From Thermoanaerobaculum sp. (GTDB lineage: Bacteria; Acidobacteriota; Thermoanaerobaculia; Thermoanaerobaculales; Thermoanaerobaculaceae), in the NCBI GenBank assembly GCA_025060245.1, contig JANXCP010000001.1, positions 244 to 64,243 of the forward strand: DNA of 64,000 nt, written 5' to 3'. Shown piece by piece: positions 18,036 through 24,659 of this stretch (the stretch's first letter is position 1; each line of letters starts with the position of its first letter). Position numbers and translations under genes: made by a program. The notes below the pieces were generated by a model. It saw only the letters and a program-made list of their open reading frames with translations. It made no database searches and had not been told where the DNA came from.

Positions 18036-18515
18036 GTGGCAACCCTGGACGTTGCCAGTCCGGCGCCGGATTTTGTCCTGCCCTCCAGTGAGGGTGGTAC
18101 CTTCCAACTTTCCCAGCAGCGTGGTCGGTGGGTGGTGCTGTACTTTTACCCGAAGGATTTCACCCCGGGGTGTACCACGGAGGCCTGCGAGTTTCGCGAT
18201 CTGCTAGGGGACCTCCTAGCCCTCGGTGCGGTGGTGGTGGGTGTGAGCGCCGATAGCGCCGCGCGGCATCAGGCCTTTTCTGAAAAGCATGGGCTTTCTT
18301 TTCCCCTCCTATCCGACGAGGACGGTGCTGTAGCCAAGACCTACGGCGCCTACGGCGAAAAAACCTTTATGGGCCGCAAGAGCGTGGGCGTGCTGCGAAC
18401 CACCTATCTGATTGATCCCGAGGGCCGAGTGGCGCGGGTTTGGGAAAAGGTCAAGGCCGCCGGGCACGCGGCGGAGGTACTGGAGGCCCTGAGGAAGTTG
18501 GTAAGGTCGGGGTGA
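18036..18515 (+). CDS. bcp: Thiol peroxidase Bcp (peroxiredoxin)
   Basis: APDFVLPSSEGGTFQLS...VVLYFYPKDFTPGCTTEACEFRD is the PxxxTxxC peroxiredoxin motif. GTG start lies 2 nt after the skp stop. Confidence 0.9.
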   Translation: MATLDVASPAPDFVLPSSEGGTFQLSQQRGRWVVLYFYPKDFTPGCTTEACEFRDLLGDLLALGAVVVGVSADSAARHQAFSEKHGLSFPLLSDEDGAVAKTYGAYGEKTFMGRKSVGVLRTTYLIDPEGRVARVWEKVKAAGHAAEVLEALRKLVRSG

Positions 18516-18527
18516 TGGGAGGTCCCC

Positions 18528-19238
18528 GTGGGACGGCGACTGACGCGAAAGCAGATCAAGCAGGACGAGTTCATTACCCTCATGGACCGCGCCGTACATT
18601 GGTTGACGGCCAACTGGCGCCAGGCGGCCCTCGGCTTGGGAGGGGCCTTAGCCCTAGGGTTACTGTGGTGGGGCTTTACGCTAATCCTCGGCAGCCGTAC
18701 CGCCGCCGCCACCAAGGCCTTAGACGAAGCGGTGCAGATTTTGGAAGCCCCGGTGGGGGCGGAGGCTCCGCCCGAGGCCAAGCTGAAGTTTTCCACGGTC
18801 AGCGAGCAGCAAGAGGCGGCGGCCAAACAGCTGGCCAAAGTGCGCAAGTACTGGTTCACCCCTCAGGCGCGCATGGCGCGGGTGCTACAGGCGCGCCTGG
18901 CGCTGGAGCGAGGTGACGCGGAAACCGCCCTGCGCGAGCTGGCGGCGGTGGCTGCCAGTGGCGGCACGGATCCGGCGGCGCGGATGGCCACCTTGGATTG
19001 GGTGCGCCTACGCCTTTCCCGTGGTGATGTGGACGGCGTGGTGAGGGATCTGGAGCGCATGGCGGCGGGAAAAGATCAGCGCCTGCCGCGGGACTTGGCC
19101 ATGTTTGAGCTGGCCAAGGCCTACGAACGGGCGGGCAAGTATTCCCAGGCGCAAGAGGTGTTGCGCAAGCTGGTGGAGAATTTCCCCGACTCACCGTTCC
19201 GCGTAGACGCTCAGCAGAAGCTTTCCTCATTAAGCTAG
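18528..19238 (+). CDS. Membrane-anchored TPR-like protein (YfgM-like)
   Basis: The N-terminus LTRKQIKQDEFITLMDRAVHWLTANW is followed by one TM helix and an Ala/Leu-rich helical-repeat C-terminus. GGGAGG lies upstream. Confidence 0.5.
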   Translation: MGRRLTRKQIKQDEFITLMDRAVHWLTANWRQAALGLGGALALGLLWWGFTLILGSRTAAATKALDEAVQILEAPVGAEAPPEAKLKFSTVSEQQEAAAKQLAKVRKYWFTPQARMARVLQARLALERGDAETALRELAAVAASGGTDPAARMATLDWVRLRLSRGDVDGVVRDLERMAAGKDQRLPRDLAMFELAKAYERAGKYSQAQEVLRKLVENFPDSPFRVDAQQKLSSLS

Positions 19239-19239
19239 C

Positions 19240-20529
19240 GTGAACTTCGTCGAGGTCATTGCCAAGAAGAGAGACGGCCAGGAGCTTTCGCGGGAGGAAG
19301 TGTGGCATTTCGTTCGCGGTGCCACCGACGGAAGCATCGCCGACGCGCAGCTGGCGGCCATGCTCATGGCCATTTGCCTCCGCGGAGCTTCCCCGCGGGA
19401 AACCCAGTACTTGGTGGAGGCCATGGCCACCTCGGGGCAGCTGTGGGAGCTGGCGCGGGATTTTCCCGAGCTGGTGGACAAGCACTCCACGGGGGGCGTG
19501 GGGGACACAGTATCGTTGGTGTTCGCTCCGTGGCTGGCGGCCTGCGGGGTGCCGGTGGCGATGATGGCTGGTGCAGGCTTGGGGCATACCCAAGGGACCT
19601 TGGACAAGTTAGCGGCGGTGCCCGGTTTTGTACCGGCGGCGCAACGTGAGGAAGCCTTGCTGCGCCTGCAACGGTGTGGGGTGGTCTTTGCTCGGCAGTC
19701 GGAGGTCATTGCCCCAGCGGATCGCGTGCTTTACGCCCTGCGCGACGTCACGGCCACGGTTCCCTCCTTGCCCCTCATCGTTTCCTCCATCATGTCCAAG
19801 AAGCTGGCGGTGGGGGCGGGAAAGCTGGTGCTGGACGTCAAATGCGGGAGGGGGGCATTCCGCAAGACGTTGGAGGAGGCGCGGGAGTTGGCGCAGGCGT
19901 TGGTGGCGGTGGCCAAGCAGGCAGGAGTTGCCGTGCGTGCGGTCGTCTCGGCCATGGACGAACCACTGGGCCCTGCCTTGGGCTGTGCGGAGGAGGTGCG
20001 GGAGGCTCTGGCTTGCTTGGAAGGGCATGGCGATGCTCGGTTGATGGAATTGTCGCAAACCTTAGCCCTCCACGCCTTGCAATTGGTGGGGAAAAGCCCC
20101 GTCCAAGCGAAGCAGGAACTTCAGCAAGCGCTGGCCAGCGGCCGGGCCCGCCAGGCTTGGGATGATCTGGTTCGGGCCCACGGCGGGGATCCCGACCCGA
20201 GGGTCCTGCCCCGGAGCCAGCAGAGCTTAGAGGTGGTGAGTCCGTGCTCGGGCTTTGTGACGGCTTTGGATGGGGAGGCCCTTGGCTGGACCGCGGTGAG
20301 TTTGGGGGCGGGACGGCGTTTCCCCGGGGATGAAGTGGATTGGTCGGCTTTCCTCCGGGTTTTGGTTCGGTGTGGGGATTGGGTGGAGGAAGGTCAACCT
20401 TTGGCGCGCCTGGGATGGACGGCGCGATCTTTGGACCCCGAAGCGTTGATGGTGAGGGTTCGCCAGGCCATCACGGTCGGGCCAACCGCACCATCTCCTA
20501 CGCCTTTGGTTTTGCAAGAGCTCCTTTAG
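19240..20529 (+). CDS. deoA: Thymidine / pyrimidine-nucleoside phosphorylase
   Basis: IAKKRDG..LS.EE...FV.G...G...DAQLAAMLMAI...G plus the VDKHSTGGVGD motif. Confidence 0.9.
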   Translation: MNFVEVIAKKRDGQELSREEVWHFVRGATDGSIADAQLAAMLMAICLRGASPRETQYLVEAMATSGQLWELARDFPELVDKHSTGGVGDTVSLVFAPWLAACGVPVAMMAGAGLGHTQGTLDKLAAVPGFVPAAQREEALLRLQRCGVVFARQSEVIAPADRVLYALRDVTATVPSLPLIVSSIMSKKLAVGAGKLVLDVKCGRGAFRKTLEEARELAQALVAVAKQAGVAVRAVVSAMDEPLGPALGCAEEVREALACLEGHGDARLMELSQTLALHALQLVGKSPVQAKQELQQALASGRARQAWDDLVRAHGGDPDPRVLPRSQQSLEVVSPCSGFVTALDGEALGWTAVSLGAGRRFPGDEVDWSAFLRVLVRCGDWVEEGQPLARLGWTARSLDPEALMVRVRQAITVGPTAPSPTPLVLQELL

Positions 20530-20533
20530 CCCC

Positions 20534-22435
20534 GTGCTGTACCGCTTGCAGGATGTGGTGGTGGAGTTTGGCGCCCAGCGGATCCTGGGTCCGCTGTCCC
20601 TGCAGCAGAACCCCGGGGAGAAACTGGTCTTGCTTGGCCGTAACGGCTCGGGAAAAACCACGCTGCTGCGCCTCATTGCCGGTGAGGTGGAGCCGAGCCA
20701 GGGTGGCGTTGAGCGGAGTCGGGGCCTGCGGGTAGCGTACCTGGAACAAATCCTCCGGGAATCGCCGCAAACCTCCGTGCTCCAGTTCGTCCTGTCGGGT
20801 CTGCCGGGCCTTCTTGAGCTGGAGGCGCGCCACGAGGAGCTAATGTCGAGTTTGCCCCACCCGCAGGTGGCGGCGGCTTTGGCGGAGCTGGAGGAACAGC
20901 TGGAAAGGTTGGGTGCTGGCACGGCGCGCCCCCGCGCCCAGGCGCTATTACAGGGCCTGGGAATCCCTCAGGAGCTGCACCTTCGCCCGTTAGCGGAGCT
21001 TTCCGGCGGGCAGCGAACACGGGCGGCTTTGGCGAAAGCGCTGTTTTCTCCGTGCGACCTGTTGCTGTTGGACGAACCTTCAAACCATTTGGACCTGGTG
21101 GGATCTGGCTTTCTGGCCCAAACCTTGGCGGAGTACAAGGGGGCGGTGCTCCTGGTCACCCACGACCGCTACCTGGTGGATGCTTTGGGTGGTGACATCC
21201 TGGAGTTGGTGGGTGGGCGCCTGGAACGGTACCCAGGGCCCTTGGCGCGGTATGAACAGGAGCGGCAGCGGCGGCGGGAACAACAGCTACGCGCCTGGGA
21301 GCTGCAGCAGCAAGAAATTGAACGCCAGGAGGAGTTCATTCGCCGCAACATTGCCGGACAGAATACCCGTCAGGCCCAGGCCCGCCGGAAGCTCTTGGCA
21401 AAGCTTCAGCCTGTAACACCTCCGCCCCCCGAGCCCCCGGTGGTCAAGCTTCGCTGGCCGGAAGGGCGGCGCAGTGGCGATCGGGTGCTGGAGGTTCACG
21501 GGCTTTCGGTGGGCTACACCCGCCCCGTGGTGCAGGAAGTGAACTTCGTGCTGCGGCGGGGGGAACGCGTAGCGCTGGTGGGGCCCAACGGCAGCGGAAA
21601 AACCACCCTTCTCCGTGCCCTGGCGGGACTGTTGCCTCCACTTTCCGGCGCCGTACGCTTGGGAGCGGGGGTGACGGTAGGTTATGCGGACCAGGAGCAA
21701 GCCCCCGTTCGTTCCGGTACCCCTTTGGAGCTGCTGGTGGCCTGCCGACCTGATTGGACCCCCGCGGAAGCGCGGAGTTGGGCGGGAGCCTTTGGTTTTT
21801 CCGGGGAGCGGGCGGAAACCCCCTGCTCAGTGCTTTCCGGTGGGGAGCGCTCACGCCTGCAGTTGGCGTTGCTCCTGGCAGAAGCGCCTAACCTGCTGCT
21901 GTTGGATGAACCGACCAACCATCTGGACCTCCCCACCTGCCGCGTCCTGGAGCAATCCCTCAAAGACTTCCCCGGGGCAGTCCTCTTGGTGAGTCACGAT
22001 CGGGCCTTAGTGGAAAGTGTGGCCACGGGAGTGTTCTTGCTCAACCGGGGAAGGCTGGAGACGGTCAACTCCGTGGACCTTGCCTTCCAGCAGCTGGGCC
22101 TGATCAAGGCCAGTCGGCAGGAGAGCAAGGTTCCCGGACCCCGTCGCAGTCCACAGGCGGAGGTGAGGCGTCGCCTGACCCAGGAGCTGAGCAAAGTGGA
22201 GCGGGAGCTGGCAGCGGTGGAACGGGAGCTGGTCGCCATTGAAGCCCGCCTTGGCGAACTGGAGGCGGCCCTGAGCCAGCCGGAGGTGGCCACCGATATG
22301 GCGCGATTACGGGAACTGGCCGGTGAGCTGGAAGCCACGCGGGCACGCCAGGGGGTCCTATGGCAGCAATGGTGCGAGACGGCCGAGCGCGCGGATTATC
22401 TGCGCAAGAACCTTGAAGAGTCTTGCTACCGCTAG
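20534..22435 (+). CDS. ABC-F family ATPase (two ABC domains, C-terminal coiled coil)
   Basis: Two Walker A sites (GRNGSGKTT, GPNGSGKTT) and two ABC signatures (LSGGQRTRAAL, LSGGERSRLQL). There are no TM segments. The C-terminal tail is a coiled coil. Confidence 0.9.
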   Translation: MLYRLQDVVVEFGAQRILGPLSLQQNPGEKLVLLGRNGSGKTTLLRLIAGEVEPSQGGVERSRGLRVAYLEQILRESPQTSVLQFVLSGLPGLLELEARHEELMSSLPHPQVAAALAELEEQLERLGAGTARPRAQALLQGLGIPQELHLRPLAELSGGQRTRAALAKALFSPCDLLLLDEPSNHLDLVGSGFLAQTLAEYKGAVLLVTHDRYLVDALGGDILELVGGRLERYPGPLARYEQERQRRREQQLRAWELQQQEIERQEEFIRRNIAGQNTRQAQARRKLLAKLQPVTPPPPEPPVVKLRWPEGRRSGDRVLEVHGLSVGYTRPVVQEVNFVLRRGERVALVGPNGSGKTTLLRALAGLLPPLSGAVRLGAGVTVGYADQEQAPVRSGTPLELLVACRPDWTPAEARSWAGAFGFSGERAETPCSVLSGGERSRLQLALLLAEAPNLLLLDEPTNHLDLPTCRVLEQSLKDFPGAVLLVSHDRALVESVATGVFLLNRGRLETVNSVDLAFQQLGLIKASRQESKVPGPRRSPQAEVRRRLTQELSKVERELAAVERELVAIEARLGELEAALSQPEVATDMARLRELAGELEATRARQGVLWQQWCETAERADYLRKNLEESCYR

Positions 22436-22454
22436 GCGAAAGGGTCCGCGATGG

Positions 22455-22468
22455 TGACAAAATTGTTA
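22455..22468. promoter_or_regulatory. Imperfect palindrome, candidate enhancer (UAS) for a sigma54 activator
   Basis: TGACAA-AA-TTGTTA (one mismatch from a perfect dyad), located about 120-130 bp upstream of the -24/-12 element. Confidence 0.3.
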
Positions 22469-22586
22469 TGATCGGGAGACGGTGATGGCGCCTGAGGGCA
22501 TTACCTTGGAGAGGTTCGCGACCGCTCGAAGAACGGAACGTGCGTGATCGTTGGCTGCTTCGCCCATGGCCGCTCATTGAAGAAGC

Positions 22587-22601
22587 TGGCATAGCTCTTG
22601 C
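22587..22601 (+). promoter_or_regulatory. Candidate sigma54 (-24/-12) promoter of the pilus-like operon
   Basis: TGGCAT-AGCTC-TTGCT matches TGGCAC-N5-TTGCW with exact GG/GC spacing. It lies about 105 nt upstream of the ATG at 22707, in a lower-GC intergenic region. Confidence 0.55.
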
Positions 22602-22706
22602 TTAAAGCAAGGTGTCTTCCACAAGGGCAGTTCCCCTTGCGGAAGAGGGAAGAAAAAATGTAAAATTTTGCCAAGCCCGCGGGGAGCGGGTGAAAGGAGG
22701 AAGAAC

Positions 22707-23312
22707 ATGAAGAAAACGTTACTTCTGGGGTTGGTAGTGATGACGTTGGCGGCCCCTCTGGCACTGGCCCAGGCCACTGGGAGCACCAGCGTTTACGTGG
22801 ATTTCCCGCGGATTGCGATCCTTTACTACCGAAACTCCATTACTCTGCAGCCTTCGGCCACCGACCTCATCACCGCCTTTGCTGGTGCCAACCCGGTCAA
22901 CACTGGCAGCCAAACGATCAGCAGCTTCACCGCTGCCCTTGGCTCTCTGGAGGGAAACGCCGCCACGCCGGCCACACCCTTTAGCACCAATGTGCTCACG
23001 ACCATCAACAACTTTTACCAGGTGCGTTCCAATTACCGGTTCCAAGTGACGGTGAGCATTACCGACCCCACGTTGCAGGGCGATGGCACCACGGGTTCGG
23101 GCAACATCACCATGAGCGGTGTGGCCACCGAGTTGAACGACAACGGCACCTGGGCGGCCACGGTGCAACAGCCCAACCCCAACGGCTTGGGCACCATTCA
23201 TAAAGGTGATGTCCGGTTTAACCTGGACTTTTCCGGTGCCTCGTTGATCCCGCCGGCCACCACGGCGACCTTCGGGGACGGCGTGATCCAGACAACGGTA
23301 GCGTTCTACTAA
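22707..23312 (+). CDS. Secreted, Cys-free, Thr/Ser/Gly/Asn-rich beta protein; candidate major fimbrial subunit of unrecognised family
   Basis: The RBS AAAGGAGGAAG lies 4 nt before the ATG. Signal peptide MKKTLLLGLVVMTLAAPLALAQA. An alternating-hydrophobic stretch follows directly (STSVYVDFPRIAILYY). The C-terminus is ...VIQTTVAFY. It is the first gene in a subunit-subunit-chaperone-usher arrangement. Confidence 0.55.
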   Translation: MKKTLLLGLVVMTLAAPLALAQATGSTSVYVDFPRIAILYYRNSITLQPSATDLITAFAGANPVNTGSQTISSFTAALGSLEGNAATPATPFSTNVLTTINNFYQVRSNYRFQVTVSITDPTLQGDGTTGSGNITMSGVATELNDNGTWAATVQQPNPNGLGTIHKGDVRFNLDFSGASLIPPATTATFGDGVIQTTVAFY

Positions 23313-23329
23313 TAGCTTGACCCACGGAG

Positions 23330-23833
23330 ATGAAGGGGAAGGGGGGCTTTGGCCCCCCTTTTGCCCAGACGTACACTAGTGTGGTGACGGTGCCTTTACT
23401 CTTGACCCTGGCAGCGGCGGCTTCGGTGGGGATCATGACCCCTGGCCAGGTGGTCCTGGAGCCGGTTACTGCCCAAGAGCTTGCCAGCGGCGCGCTGCTT
23501 CCCCTGGAGGGTGGGGCAACCCCGCTGGTGCTGGTGGTGGAACGCACCGTGCGCGGGGCGTTCCGGCTGGAGGTCCCCCAGGGATTTCCCATCTCTTCCC
23601 TGGAACTGAAAGTCCAGTTCGCGGGCAGCGGCTGGGGCCATGGTGGTGTGCTGCGACCCCAGGACAGGGGCTCCCCGATTCCGGTTCGGGTCACCCTTCT
23701 TCCCCTGCGACTTGTGGAGGTGCGGGCTGACCGGGAGGTATGGGAGGGGGATCTGTTGCTGCAACTGGATCTGAGCCGGGCGCTGGCAGGAACGTTTACC
23801 GGAGAACTCCAGTTGATGGTGGCGGGGAGGTGA
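23330..23833 (+). CDS. Hypothetical secreted beta-rich protein; candidate second (minor or tip) subunit
   Basis: It has a hydrophobic signal-like segment VVTVPLLLTLAAAASVG. The start is uncertain: the ATG at 23330 has GGAG directly abutting it, and an in-frame GTG at 23381 lies after the hairpin. Its stop lies 1 nt before the chaperone-like gene. Confidence 0.4.
   Translation: MKGKGGFGPPFAQTYTSVVTVPLLLTLAAAASVGIMTPGQVVLEPVTAQELASGALLPLEGGATPLVLVVERTVRGAFRLEVPQGFPISSLELKVQFAGSGWGHGGVLRPQDRGSPIPVRVTLLPLRLVEVRADREVWEGDLLLQLDLSRALAGTFTGELQLMVAGR
23339..23362 (+). terminator. Hairpin plus T-run just after the first subunit gene (possible partial terminator or attenuator)
   Basis: GGGGGGC-tttg-GCCCCCC followed by TTTT. 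It lies inside the annotated 5' end of the next ORF. Confidence 0.4.
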
Positions 23834-23834
23834 G

Positions 23835-24650
23835 GTGCGAGCCCGGCAGCTGTGGTGGTTCCCGCTGTGCACGCATCTTGCCTTTGCCGGTGGCATCGCC
23901 GTCTCCCCGCCGCGCTTTGATATTCTCCTGACCGGACCCACCGCTGCCGAATCCTTGAGGGTGGTGAACCTCGGGGAGACACCGCTCCATCTCAAGGTGT
24001 CGGTGGCGCATTTTGGCTTGGACGAGGAAAACCGTTTGGTGAGCCTGCCGCCCACCGAGCAGTCGGCGGATCAGTGGATGGTGATCACACCTCTAGAGTT
24101 CGTGGTGGAGCCGCAGAAAAGCCAAACCGTGCGCTTCGCCATCAGGCCCCGGGTGAAGCCGCAGCCGGGGGAGCATCGGGCCATGATCTTCTTGGAGGAG
24201 CAACCCCCGGAGGAAAAGAACTTGGTGATGCGCAACCTGGCGCGCATTGGCATCGGCGTCTACGTGAACGTGCCGCCGGTGGAACGGCGGGCGCAGGTTC
24301 ACTGTGTGGATGTGGTGTGGGACGGGTCGCAAGCCCTGGGGATGTTGGATGTGGAGAGCCTGGGAAATGCCCACGTGCGTCCCGCCATGACCTACATCCT
24401 CTGGCCGCTCCACGCCTTTCCCGGACAACCGGGTACCCCCCTGACCCGGGGCCCTGAGGGCAGCCTGTTGACGCCACCAGGGGCTTTGCGGGCGGGGGAC
24501 GTGCCCGATATCCCGGTGCTCCCGGGAACGCGACGCCTGATCCGTTTTCCCTTGGGCGCTCTTGAGGCAGGGGAGTACTGGGTGGAGCTGGCAGGAAGGG
24601 TGGCCAACGAGGAGCTAGCGGTGGCGTTGCCTTTAAGGGTGGTGCGGTAA
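23835..24650 (+). CDS. PapD-like periplasmic fimbrial chaperone (two Ig-like domains)
   Basis: Signal peptide, then IAVSPPRFDILLTGPTAAESLRVVNLGETPLHLKVSV, ...ITPLEFVVEPQKSQTVRF..., HRAMIFLEE and ARIGIGVYVNVPP. This matches the PapD_N pattern (v.P.r..l....l.v.N.g..p..v ... P..f.l.P...Q.vR ... ipv.v.p). The size (271 aa) and position fit. The RBS is GGAGGTG. Confidence 0.6.
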   Translation: MRARQLWWFPLCTHLAFAGGIAVSPPRFDILLTGPTAAESLRVVNLGETPLHLKVSVAHFGLDEENRLVSLPPTEQSADQWMVITPLEFVVEPQKSQTVRFAIRPRVKPQPGEHRAMIFLEEQPPEEKNLVMRNLARIGIGVYVNVPPVERRAQVHCVDVVWDGSQALGMLDVESLGNAHVRPAMTYILWPLHAFPGQPGTPLTRGPEGSLLTPPGALRAGDVPDIPVLPGTRRLIRFPLGALEAGEYWVELAGRVANEELAVALPLRVVR

Positions 24651-24659
24651 CCCTGGGGC

